A stretch of 32,000 nt of DNA from an uncultured bacterium (GCA_963699255.1 OY969425.1:30001-62000), one strand, 5' to 3'; shown: positions 1 to 9,418, counted from the first letter of the stretch. Made by a program: numbers and translations. The notes: generated by a model not told the origin, from the letters alone.

Positions 1-12
1 TTTAAAAACCAG

Positions 13-40
13 TGAAATTTACGACGAAACCTGCCGATAT
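13..40 (+). promoter_or_regulatory. sigma28 (FliA/SigD)-class-like promoter upstream of the 107-4486 gene
   Basis: TGAAATTT (13-20), 12-nt spacer, GCCGATAT (33-40). Read as GAAA-N15-GCCGATAT it has the spacing and exact -10 of the B. subtilis SigD consensus TAAA-N15-GCCGATAT. It ends 66 nt before ATG 107. The same architecture recurs at 6632, 22494 and 22574. Confidence 0.5.
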
Positions 41-106
41 ATATATGTCGGAAATAAGGCCGAAAATCGACTTAACGCGGCCAAAATATATTAGGGGGAA
101 ATACAA

Positions 107-3100
107 ATGGGTGAGCAAGTAAGACTGGGAACGACCACGGATTATTATAGTCCGCAGCCGATAGATGTAGGGCACGATAAAGTAACCGGAGAAGAAATAT
201 ACAGGCAGAGAACTTACGCGAAATGCAGCGTGGGCAAACAGAGCAACCTGACATTGGATGCCGCGCTTGATGAGGTTGAATCAGAGAAGATAGATTATCT
301 GAATAAAAAACAGCCGTCACAGGCCTTTGGATGCATGATCCAGGCAGCCGGACTTTACGGGAACAGGGACGACATTGGCGACCGGAAAAAAGCATATTTA
401 TTGCTCCGCAAAATAATAGTCCTGGCAAGCAAAGATACGATAGAAAGAACGAAAAAGACCATTGCCTATGGCGTGCCGGGCGGAGAAATAACAACCGCTG
501 AATTTGCAACATTTGACCCTAAGTTTTTGAAAGATCCCCAGGTGCAGGAAGCCCAGGCGAAGATCGCTATAGCTGATCTGGTCCTGAAGCAGCTGAACGA
601 CAATGAGGTCCCGGATGTTAAGGTTGTAGACCCAAAGATCACAGACGCGACAGCCTACGCGATAAGCTGCTGCCAGTCCGCGAGAACCGCCCTTAACGCG
701 TTTAAATACAAAGACGATTTCAATATAAGCAAGAGCTACATACTAGAGGCAAAATTGATGGCTTTGAGTAAAGCATCGGATGACGATGTCCGCGCGAAAC
801 TTAAGTCAGCGCACATCGATTGGAACGCGATCAAAGACCGCGTTTCGGATGATCCGAATGTCAAAGATGAAAGCCTGAGGCCGGCCGGGATGAGCAAGGA
901 TGACTACATTGAAGAGATCAGGAAAGGCACCGTATACATCAATGCGTGGGCGATGGTTGAAGACGCGCATCTTACCGACCAGAAGGTGAACGTCAGCACG
1001 GAGGACATATCCGCGAAGATAGGTTTATGCAGTGATGCTCATGTAATGCTTTCCGGCAAGGACACGGACAACGGCATAGACAAGGCAAAGGATTATATTA
1101 ACCACGACGCGTTTTTAACAGAGGCGAACCTTACCGCGAAACTTGCCCGCCTTAACATTAATGATCCGGACAAATATAGGGGCGGCTTGAATGACGCAAG
1201 GGCCCTGTATAAAGAAATATCGGAGAAAACCGCGTTCAGTGATATAAAAGCTATCGCGATCGCAGCAAAAATATCCATCGATATGGAGCTTGGCGAATTC
1301 ACATGGGATGACGCGAAAAGTGCTTTAGAGGCTTATTTTGATCCAACAACCAGCACATTTCCCCTTAAATCCCCATTCGCTGAAAATTCATTCACATACC
1401 TGTCCATGGAGCTCCTGGAGGCCCAGCTGAGGAATACAACGCAAAGGAAGAAAGTGTGGGTCCCCGGCTGCGGCGATTGCACATATAAAACGAAGACCGA
1501 AGTTGCTGATTATACCCTCGCGGGGATAAGGACGGACAACGTGAAAAAGGCCATTAAAGCCAGATCAGTTAAGGCGGTCAGGGATCCGGAGGCGCTGAAC
1601 GACCTTAATATCAGGGCAAGTCTTGAACACGCCAGATCAACAGCTTTGGAAGGCATAGCGCTAAGGGACGATATCGCCAAAAGGGCGAAATTCAATGACG
1701 ACGCCATAAAAGAGCTTACGGATATCCTGGGCCCCACCGGCCTTAATGAAACCACGGACAATATATTGAACAATCTCGGCGGCAAGAGAAAAATGGAAAG
1801 CTCCTTCTATGTGACGCTGTGGGGGGAATGGGCGAATTACCTGGAGCAGATAGCGTGGCTGGACAGCAAGGATAAGCCGGGAGACATGAACATATTTAAA
1901 GCCGCCAATGACAAATACGATGAAACAATAAAGCTCTGCGGTTATTCAAAGGCCACATATGACAAAGGGGTAGCGGGGCAGGAAAGCGCCAGGAAGCAAA
2001 TGATAAAGCTTTCCAAGGACAACATTAAAAATTCCGTGGAGAATAATATTGAAGTTGCCGCGCTTACCAACCCGGACGCGCAAAAGGCGATAACCGCTTT
2101 GGATGGTGTTATCAAGAACATCGGCGACTTCAAGATACCGTCCGAGTTCAAAGGCACGCAGCTGGTAAAAATGCAGGCGGAATTGAACAGGAGAAAGCTG
2201 GAGATCCGCTGCAAAGAGGTGTTCTACATAAACAAACAGCCGACCAGCTACCTTTACACCAGCAGCAAGACGAACGCTCCGATCAGCGCGGATGACAAGA
2301 AAAAAGATGTCAGCGCGGATGACAAGATAAAAGATGTCAGCGCGGATGACAAGAAAAAAGATGTCAGCGCGGATGACAAGATAAAAGAGCTGTATCAGCA
2401 GATCAATGACCTGGCGGACAAAACGCTCCCGTACCTGGATACCCCGTATTATTCCATTTTGAACCTGTTCGGGGTGAATTCTGTTTACATGAGGATAAAT
2501 AAAGATGCGGCCGCGGACGAGATAGTCGCGCTGTACGGCAATTATATAAAGGGAAAGGATTTTGAAACAACTTACGACATGATAGACCCCCTTGCGAATG
2601 CCGCTTTAATAAGGACCGGCAGAATTAAAACAGCAAAGGGAGCCGACACAAATCTTAAGGGCGAGATAATGGATTATCTAACTACATTATTAACGGGATC
2701 CAAGACGACGGCTGCTGACAAGGCGAAAGCTTATGTCTGGAAAGCGCGCATGAATGTCTGGTTCAAGGATAGCCAGGATCTAAACCAAGCGTTGAAAGAT
2801 TATGACGAGGCGATCAAACTTTACGGCACTATTACGGACGGCAATAAGCTTTACGGGAACGGCGCGTCAAAACTGGCTGTAATGGAGGAGCGATCGTTCG
2901 CCCAGTTCATGCTCGTGAACGATACCAAGAAAGGCGACGCGAATGCGAAGGATAGAATCGGTCAATACCAGCAGATCGCCAAGTATATCAACGATAATAT
3001 CCTTAAGGGGGCCGCAACGACCGGCTTGAGCGAGGAGATCGCGAAGAAAGTGGATAAGCAGGACGCGGCGGCAAAAATAAAGGCGCGCCTCACCCTGATA

Positions 3101-4486
3101 TCCATGACCATGGGCATCGCCGAACCTCTGAAAAAGGGCCTCCTGGCGGATCCAGTGATGGTCACGGCGGTTACGGATATCTGCGGCGAGAACATCACGG
3201 ACGAGAACAAGCTTTTTGTCAAAACGGAAGAATTGTTCAATAGCGTTACAGCCGATATAAAAAAGCTTGGATTGATCGATACTGAGATGGTGAGCCTGGG
3301 GATAGATGTTCCCACTGTTTACGCGCGCATGGCCGAAAACTACATGATCCTGGCGTTAGAAGCCATGGTGCCTGGCAGAGATATTGATGATGCTGATGAT
3401 TTATTAGAAGACTTGAAGGACGAGAAAGCCTCAATGGAAAATACTAATACCAGCTCAATGCCGGCAAAACGACTCGAACGGTTCAATCAAAACATGAAAG
3501 CGATTTCAGACGCGATCCTTAAAGTAAGTTCCGCCCTGACTCAAGTTCAGAGCAAGAAGAACATTATTGCCCAGAACGCGCAAAAATACATCGAAAATAT
3601 GAACAACTATTTAACTAAAGCTGCAAGTATCGCGGAAAAGGACGCTAACAGCTTAGCGCAGGCTAAAGCCCTTCTTGTTCAGGCGCAATACGCAGGCTGG
3701 ACTGCGGGAAGTGATATTGACAAGTTAAAGGTAGCTCGAGGGTTATATGAAAAAGTCATCAGCATAAATCCCGTCGCTATGGATATGAAGGCGAAATTGG
3801 ACTATGCCGGCGTGATCTCGATCATATCGTTAAGGCTCCTGAAAACTGACAAAACAGCGGCGGCGGATGTAGCCAATATAGCCATAAGCAAATATAAAGA
3901 GGTAAAGACGAATGACGATATCGCTCTTGGCGCCAGGGCTTGCATAGAAATGGCGAATCTTCAAGCTGCGTTCGCAGTTGAAGATGGGACCAAGCTGAGG
4001 GAGGCGCGGGCAAGTGTCTACGACGCCCTTATAAAACTTACAGGATCGAAACAGGATACCATGGGATACATTAACCTGGTGAACGGCATGATCAACCTGA
4101 ATAAGCCCGTCGATAAAACAATAATACAAGCCCTCTGCTATCTTGGCGTGATCGAAGCCAGATTGTACACGTCAAAGACTAACCTGACGGAGCCGCAAAG
4201 ATTGGCGGGGTATAATGCGATAAAAGGGATTATGGGCGGGATCGGAACTGTTACCGGCGGCATATACGGTATTATCAAGCAGCAGAATCTGGAAGGTGAC
4301 GCCTCATTGAAAGTAGTTATGAAGCAATTTATGGATTTTAAGGCTGAGGTGGTGCTTGCCTGGGGAGATGCCGGAGGAGACGAGTCAACTGATGAATATA
4401 AACAGGCAAGCTACAAAACGTCTAACTATGATGCCAGGGTGCAAGAAGCCATAGAGAAATTAAAAAAATTAGAGGATATAAAATAG
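107..4486 (+). CDS. 1459-aa helical, TPR-like repeat protein of unknown function, no signal peptide
   Basis: ATG at 107 is preceded by AGGGGGA (93-99), followed by 4.4 kb of open frame. The protein is K/D/A/E-rich with recurring TPR-like signatures (KAYVWKARMNVWFKDSQDLNQALKDYDEAIKLYG; ANDKYDETIKLCG; ARGLYEKVISINP). It contains an internal SADDK(K/I)KDV x4 repeat and a C-terminal glycine-zipper GIMGGIGTVTGGIYGII. I recognise no family by eye. Confidence 0.85.
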   Translation: MGEQVRLGTTTDYYSPQPIDVGHDKVTGEEIYRQRTYAKCSVGKQSNLTLDAALDEVESEKIDYLNKKQPSQAFGCMIQAAGLYGNRDDIGDRKKAYLLLRKIIVLASKDTIERTKKTIAYGVPGGEITTAEFATFDPKFLKDPQVQEAQAKIAIADLVLKQLNDNEVPDVKVVDPKITDATAYAISCCQSARTALNAFKYKDDFNISKSYILEAKLMALSKASDDDVRAKLKSAHIDWNAIKDRVSDDPNVKDESLRPAGMSKDDYIEEIRKGTVYINAWAMVEDAHLTDQKVNVSTEDISAKIGLCSDAHVMLSGKDTDNGIDKAKDYINHDAFLTEANLTAKLARLNINDPDKYRGGLNDARALYKEISEKTAFSDIKAIAIAAKISIDMELGEFTWDDAKSALEAYFDPTTSTFPLKSPFAENSFTYLSMELLEAQLRNTTQRKKVWVPGCGDCTYKTKTEVADYTLAGIRTDNVKKAIKARSVKAVRDPEALNDLNIRASLEHARSTALEGIALRDDIAKRAKFNDDAIKELTDILGPTGLNETTDNILNNLGGKRKMESSFYVTLWGEWANYLEQIAWLDSKDKPGDMNIFKAANDKYDETIKLCGYSKATYDKGVAGQESARKQMIKLSKDNIKNSVENNIEVAALTNPDAQKAITALDGVIKNIGDFKIPSEFKGTQLVKMQAELNRRKLEIRCKEVFYINKQPTSYLYTSSKTNAPISADDKKKDVSADDKIKDVSADDKKKDVSADDKIKELYQQINDLADKTLPYLDTPYYSILNLFGVNSVYMRINKDAAADEIVALYGNYIKGKDFETTYDMIDPLANAALIRTGRIKTAKGADTNLKGEIMDYLTTLLTGSKTTAADKAKAYVWKARMNVWFKDSQDLNQALKDYDEAIKLYGTITDGNKLYGNGASKLAVMEERSFAQFMLVNDTKKGDANAKDRIGQYQQIAKYINDNILKGAATTGLSEEIAKKVDKQDAAAKIKARLTLISMTMGIAEPLKKGLLADPVMVTAVTDICGENITDENKLFVKTEELFNSVTADIKKLGLIDTEMVSLGIDVPTVYARMAENYMILALEAMVPGRDIDDADDLLEDLKDEKASMENTNTSSMPAKRLERFNQNMKAISDAILKVSSALTQVQSKKNIIAQNAQKYIENMNNYLTKAASIAEKDANSLAQAKALLVQAQYAGWTAGSDIDKLKVARGLYEKVISINPVAMDMKAKLDYAGVISIISLRLLKTDKTAAADVANIAISKYKEVKTNDDIALGARACIEMANLQAAFAVEDGTKLREARASVYDALIKLTGSKQDTMGYINLVNGMINLNKPVDKTIIQALCYLGVIEARLYTSKTNLTEPQRLAGYNAIKGIMGGIGTVTGGIYGIIKQQNLEGDASLKVVMKQFMDFKAEVVLAWGDAGGDESTDEYKQASYKTSNYDARVQEAIEKLKKLEDIK
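2285..2392 (+). repeat. In-frame tandem repeat, 27-bp unit x4 (equivalently 54 bp x2)
   Basis: agcgcggatgacaag(a/at)aaaa(a)gatgtc is repeated head to tail and encodes SADDKKKDV-SADDKIKDV-SADDKKKDV-SADDKIKEL. The first three units are exact apart from the alternating KKK/KIK codon. Confidence 0.95.
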
Positions 4487-4499
4487 GGGAGACGAAAAA

Positions 4500-6587
4500 A
4501 TGAGCTCAGCCGGTAGAATATCAGGTTCCATGTACCAGACGTTTTCTAGCGATTCCATCGCTCAGGATACCGTACACATACGCAACAATAAAATATCAAA
4601 GGAAGACCTGAAAAGGATAACGTCGCAGAAGGATGCGAACAGTAAAACAGTTTCTATCGTTTTCGATCAGAACGAAGTTGGCAAGAATGACCAGAGTCAA
4701 ACCCAGCCGCAGGGCCAGCAAACACAGACCCAGCCAAAGGATACGACAAACAATGTGACCAGGCAGCCGTTCGAGTTCCCCGGATGGAAAGATGCCGAGC
4801 AGCTAAAAAAATATCAAGAGATCGAAAATGACATTCTTTGCGCGGATATAAACTATTATAACGGCAACATACCGGAATTTCACAAATACAGCGATTGGGC
4901 TATAGGTAATGGATATAAAAAGGATTCACCGTCAGGAAAGCGGTTTTGGCCCCAATTCAGGGAAATATCGCTCTATACCAAACCGATCATCCAAGTGTCC
5001 AGTTATTGGTCCAAAAGCAATATCAGGCCGGAATTTGTGAATTTTATAGATGAGAATAATATGGGCGCGGATGGGAAGATGCTGACGGACGGGGTGAAGC
5101 AGCCCTGGGAAAAATACTCATACATTTATAATGCCGATAGTACTAAGATAATCAGGCCCGATTATAAATTAAGCGATGTTAAACAGCCGCAGAACGCGTT
5201 GACAACGCAGGTCTCATACATAATCCCGAATTTTGACTTTGAGGGCAAAGGTTTTAACACCAAAAATGCCAAAGACCGGATACTGGACCTTCAGGGGACC
5301 CTGATCGTGGACCTGCTCAAGACCGACTACAACGGGACCCTCAACACAGGGTTCAACTTATACTCTTTTATCAATCCCGATCATCCTGAATATACTCTGA
5401 ATTACCTGAAGAAACTTAACGGGAATGAATATACGGCATGCGAATTCGGGCCTGTTTATTCCCAGCATGTGTTATTCGGACTCGCCCAGCCTTTGTTCGG
5501 CACGCTTCCCGAAATGCCTCAAGCGATCCGCTGGCTGGTCCCTATTTTAGTGAACAAGCTGTCGGCAACATATGAGAACACACTGACGGAAATGAGCATG
5601 AGAGCTTTTCCGAATTACGCGTACAACGAATCGACAAAGAACCTGGCGAATTATATATACGATTATGCACACAATGAATCCACCAACATCCTGGCGCCGG
5701 AGGGAATTAAGGGACTTTTTGTCAGCGACCTCCAGTCTCTCACGCTTGGTTTTGAGTCTCGAACGCTGACGATGTTAAAGAACAAATGGCCGTATTCGAT
5801 ATATCCCGCCCTGATATTCAAGTATAAATTCTCCTGGCTTTCCAGCAACATGCCGGACCCGTATTATCTGTCCGAAAAGTATTATGTCCCGCCTTTTTAT
5901 GATAAGGACGTTAAGCTTACCCAGGCCCAGAGGGACACCATAATGAACGATTATGTCAATAATTACCTGCCGGAGAGAAGTGAAAATAAGGGACTTACCG
6001 CCAACGAGATGACTCTCGGCGCGAGGGTGAATTTCCCGGGCTTTGCGCAGCTCCTTACCGGCATGGGGATCCTGAGCATCCCTGACGGAGGGGCCGACCA
6101 GACAAAGACCCTTTTTCAGTACACCATCACCGGTTATGATCCGATACGGAACACGGGGGGGAACGGGCTTTCCCCGGCATATCTGAACCACTTCGCGGAG
6201 TATCATCTGGATGAGTCCGGCAACCTTGTGAAGGTGGGCAGCAACTATCACGCGCCGATAGAGCCGTATAAAGGGCATTCATGGCGTTTTTCACTGGACA
6301 ACAATATCAGACTGAGCAAGGGCCCCGATCTGGATGATAAGGGAAATGACATAACCACAGGGATCTACATGCCTGTTGGATTCAGCATAGGCGGAGGCAG
6401 CTACACGGTGGGTGGAGTTAAGAAGCACTCGTCCGAGTGGAGCTTCAATATAGGACTGGGCATAACGGACCAGGCGACCTTAAGATACACCATATCCAAG
6501 AACAACAACGGGTATGATTATGATGAGGCCGTTCAATCCTTGACGTTCACATGGATGTTCGACGAACCGAAGAAACATAAGAAATGA
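4500..6587 (+). CDS. 695-aa hypothetical protein, beta-rich and aromatic/Asn/Gly-rich, no Sec signal peptide, disordered Q/T-rich N-terminus
   Basis: ATG is 14 nt after the upstream stop, with a GGGGAG RBS (4486-4491). The N-terminus MSSAGRISGSMYQTFSSDSIAQDT has no hydrophobic h-region. A QSQTQPQGQQTQTQP low-complexity tract follows. The C-terminal third shows alternating hydrophobic patterns (SEWSFNIGLGITDQATLRYTIS, SLTFTWMF). Confidence 0.85.
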   Translation: MSSAGRISGSMYQTFSSDSIAQDTVHIRNNKISKEDLKRITSQKDANSKTVSIVFDQNEVGKNDQSQTQPQGQQTQTQPKDTTNNVTRQPFEFPGWKDAEQLKKYQEIENDILCADINYYNGNIPEFHKYSDWAIGNGYKKDSPSGKRFWPQFREISLYTKPIIQVSSYWSKSNIRPEFVNFIDENNMGADGKMLTDGVKQPWEKYSYIYNADSTKIIRPDYKLSDVKQPQNALTTQVSYIIPNFDFEGKGFNTKNAKDRILDLQGTLIVDLLKTDYNGTLNTGFNLYSFINPDHPEYTLNYLKKLNGNEYTACEFGPVYSQHVLFGLAQPLFGTLPEMPQAIRWLVPILVNKLSATYENTLTEMSMRAFPNYAYNESTKNLANYIYDYAHNESTNILAPEGIKGLFVSDLQSLTLGFESRTLTMLKNKWPYSIYPALIFKYKFSWLSSNMPDPYYLSEKYYVPPFYDKDVKLTQAQRDTIMNDYVNNYLPERSENKGLTANEMTLGARVNFPGFAQLLTGMGILSIPDGGADQTKTLFQYTITGYDPIRNTGGNGLSPAYLNHFAEYHLDESGNLVKVGSNYHAPIEPYKGHSWRFSLDNNIRLSKGPDLDDKGNDITTGIYMPVGFSIGGGSYTVGGVKKHSSEWSFNIGLGITDQATLRYTISKNNNGYDYDEAVQSLTFTWMFDEPKKHKK

Positions 6588-6631
6588 GCCGCGCTTTAAG
6601 GATTTTCCCGTCCAGAAAAATCATTAAAAAC

Positions 6632-6659
6632 TGAAATTCTTCATAAGATCCGACGATAA
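6632..6659 (+). promoter_or_regulatory. sigma28-class-like promoter upstream of the 6722-8527 gene
   Basis: TGAAATTC (6632-6639), 12-nt spacer, GACGATAA (6652-6659). It ends 62 nt before ATG 6722 and lies in the 134-nt intergenic gap. Confidence 0.45.
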
Positions 6660-6721
6660 TATAGTATAGGGAAAAAGCGTCTTTCGGGCTTGAGCGTAGC
6701 ATATAAGGAGATAAACAGTAT

Positions 6722-8527
6722 ATGGACCCTATTAATAGTATATCGAATAATTCCCTGTTATATCAGCAGAGCGATACGACCTCCTCGGCGCAGGATACAA
6801 CAAAAAAGGCAAAGGTCAAGGTCGTGCCTCAGCCAAACCCCCATCCCCAAATTGACGCGTTCAACAAACCGGTGTTCGGGACCGGGGACATTTATTTTGT
6901 CGACAAAATCGAATGGCAGCCTTTCGGGAACGAAGTGTGGAACATAAAGGATTTCGGGAACGGGAACGATCTTGTCAATAAGAGCTCTGTCGGGCTCGGG
7001 TTGGGCGCGAACCTGACAATTCCCAGCATCGGACTTCTCAATGCTTTATCGGTGAATTATGATAACGCCGATTACACGTACGGAGGGGGCGACGCCGGGA
7101 ACAACAGGAACTTCAGCTTAAACTTGCAGACGCTGATCCCCGAAAAAAAATATCTCGATAAGGTCTTTCCATCAATAAGCGGCGACCCGCTGTTCAAGGG
7201 CAAGGAATGGTACCAGCAGCCGGCAGAAGCGCTCAGGATGTTGTGGAGATGGCCGTCCTACCTGAAAGATCAAGTGGATGGTCTTTCGGACGGCTGGAAG
7301 GCGGTCGGCATGCTTGCGGACATTCCGCTGACCGTATTAAAATTTGCCGCCGAGGATATCCCGAATTCGCTCATCGGCGGGCAGGTAAGATATTCATTCA
7401 TTGATAACAGCGAGAGGGATATCCCGAACTTTTATGATCCGTCCGTGAAAGCCGCGGGCATTAACTTGAACGCGTACTGGGCCCTGGGCAATTCTTCTTT
7501 TATAACGACTTCATACGAGCGCAGGCTGGGCACAAAGGAGTACACGCTTGGGCTTCCGCACAGGTCCGACGACAGGAACTGGGCGGTCCGCTTTGACGCG
7601 CCGAACATTCTGGATGAGAACTGGGGACTTTCTTTCCTGAGGCTCCATCCGTGGGCGGAGTTCAGGAAAGGACGGGATCAGCTGCAGATATCCTCCAGCT
7701 CCACTGTCACAACAACGGAAACGGACCCGATAACCCTGGTGGAATCAGACACGACGAATAATGTGTCCGGCAGGGCGGCCGAAATACAGATCGCGTATTC
7801 AAAGCTCAGCGGCGGGGTCAACATGTATCTCTTTGATAACAGGCTGGAGGCGGGAGTGGCACTTTCAAAAGAGACGCGCCAGATGCAGAAGGACAGGCAG
7901 ACCACCGAATATCATCTGACCTACGGGCCGGCGACCTTGAAATACTCGCAGATCCAGAACCCGATAATGTTCTACCATATGAACACGAACCTGCCGGAAG
8001 AACAGAACAGGTTCGAATTTGAATTCGATCCAAGGTACTACACTGGCAGTGCCGGGCAGTTCATTCCCAGCGTGGTCATCGGCTATGAGAAAACATGGGT
8101 GGATAACGGCGGTTTGCGTACCATTAAGGACAATTTCCCGTATTTCGGCATAAAGTTCTCATTGAGGCTGTCCGGCAGGAAGCAAAAACAGGCGGTATGC
8201 AACTACGGCAATGAACAGTTCATTAACGCTTCGGACGTTACTAACATCATGGGGAACAATAAATACACCTCGGACAGGTATCTTACGTATAAGATCGTGC
8301 AGAACTTGAAGATCGATCATGAAAAAGCACTGAAGACATGCATCTACAACATGTTGCCGAACGCCGATGATATAACAAAAGCCAAGGACAAGGAAAGAGC
8401 GAAATTAGATGACTACATAAAGGACTTCAAAACAATAGTCAGGCAGAAAGGCCTTGCTTCTGATGAGGCGACAGCAAAGAAAACCGAGATAGATAAGTAC
8501 ATAAAGGAGCTGTCAACTACCAAATGA
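6722..8527 (+). CDS. 601-aa hypothetical protein, beta-rich core with a Lys-rich helical C-terminal tail, no Sec signal peptide
   Basis: AAGGAG RBS at 6704-6709. The N-terminus MDPINSISNNSLLYQQSDTTSSAQDT resembles that of the preceding protein. Porin-like alternating segments are present (SVGLGLGANLTIPSIG, YFGIKFSLRL). The C-terminal ~90 aa are K/D/E-rich and helical. Confidence 0.85.
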   Translation: MDPINSISNNSLLYQQSDTTSSAQDTTKKAKVKVVPQPNPHPQIDAFNKPVFGTGDIYFVDKIEWQPFGNEVWNIKDFGNGNDLVNKSSVGLGLGANLTIPSIGLLNALSVNYDNADYTYGGGDAGNNRNFSLNLQTLIPEKKYLDKVFPSISGDPLFKGKEWYQQPAEALRMLWRWPSYLKDQVDGLSDGWKAVGMLADIPLTVLKFAAEDIPNSLIGGQVRYSFIDNSERDIPNFYDPSVKAAGINLNAYWALGNSSFITTSYERRLGTKEYTLGLPHRSDDRNWAVRFDAPNILDENWGLSFLRLHPWAEFRKGRDQLQISSSSTVTTTETDPITLVESDTTNNVSGRAAEIQIAYSKLSGGVNMYLFDNRLEAGVALSKETRQMQKDRQTTEYHLTYGPATLKYSQIQNPIMFYHMNTNLPEEQNRFEFEFDPRYYTGSAGQFIPSVVIGYEKTWVDNGGLRTIKDNFPYFGIKFSLRLSGRKQKQAVCNYGNEQFINASDVTNIMGNNKYTSDRYLTYKIVQNLKIDHEKALKTCIYNMLPNADDITKAKDKERAKLDDYIKDFKTIVRQKGLASDEATAKKTEIDKYIKELSTTK

Positions 8528-8566
8528 TGTTAGAAAAAGTAAGGGGTGTAAAAGGGGGAATAAGAT

Positions 8567-9418
8567 ATGCCTATTAGCGCATTATCATCGGACTCAACAA
8601 GCACGGTAAAGCCGGTTATTTTAAATAATAATTTAGCAAAATCTGATTCGACAAAGACGGATTCAACGTACGTCATGCCGCTGGTCTACCCTGACGGCAC
8701 TTTCAACCAGAAACCGGCTAAAGGGAAAAAAGAGGCAAATACCTGGGGGATAACTCCTCTCATTACCGAGGATCAGAACAGGAATGGCGGCACTGTAGGG
8801 GCTAATGTGGATCTCTGGCGCTTGATGTCGAAGGACGATAAGGGCACTTTTGACTTCGGCGTTGAGAACAGGATGGGCAAGGATCTCAGCACCAATAAGA
8901 ACATGTTGAGCAAAGATCTTAATGTATACGCATATATTGATCCGGGCGTGTGCAAGATCGGGACGTTCAATAGGAACCTGAAATTCCTTGGCGAGCTTCA
9001 GATAAGGCCGACCGTGGACCTGAATTACGGCTATAACTCAGAGTTCAAAACGAACAGACTTGATGGTTTCGGGTCGTTCGCAATGGGGCTTAATAAACCG
9101 TTCCAGTCCGACAAGTTCAAACTTGTCAATTACTTTGGCTTTACTGTGGCTTATTCCGGAAGCGCCGCGCTGAGCGGAAAAAAGATGGATGTTCTCCTGG
9201 GAAATTATGAGGATAACGGGGAGGCGGCGGACAGGGAATTATCGGTGAAAACAGAGATACGGTTCGCGCCGAAACCGGGTTCAAGTATCTTTGATTTCGC
9301 GGACATATATATGAAGAACAATCTTGGGAGGGACCCCTTCAATCCGTATCTTACTTCGAGAGAGAAATTCAGGCTCGGGGGGTATCTTCAGCGTCGACAG
9401 GAGCAGGTTTATCCTTGA
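8567..9418 (+). CDS. Fragment 1 of a frameshifted ~646-aa hypothetical beta-rich protein (whole gene 8567-10507)
   Basis: GGGGGA RBS at 8553-8558. The N-terminus is MPISALSSDSTST, with no signal peptide. The frame is lost at the G6 run 9377-9382, and sensible sequence continues in the next frame (..REKFRLGG|IFSVDRSRFILDVEAYK..). Confidence 0.75.
   Translation: MPISALSSDSTSTVKPVILNNNLAKSDSTKTDSTYVMPLVYPDGTFNQKPAKGKKEANTWGITPLITEDQNRNGGTVGANVDLWRLMSKDDKGTFDFGVENRMGKDLSTNKNMLSKDLNVYAYIDPGVCKIGTFNRNLKFLGELQIRPTVDLNYGYNSEFKTNRLDGFGSFAMGLNKPFQSDKFKLVNYFGFTVAYSGSAALSGKKMDVLLGNYEDNGEAADRELSVKTEIRFAPKPGSSIFDFADIYMKNNLGRDPFNPYLTSREKFRLGGYLQRRQEQVYP

Noticed and set aside
72-512. 146-aa minus-strand ORF overlapping the first promoter and gene start; likewise 5775-6278 (-) and 10504-10860 (-)
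   Set aside because: These are shadow ORFs opposite well-supported + strand genes. Their sequences are Arg/Leu/Cys-rich junk with no RBS.
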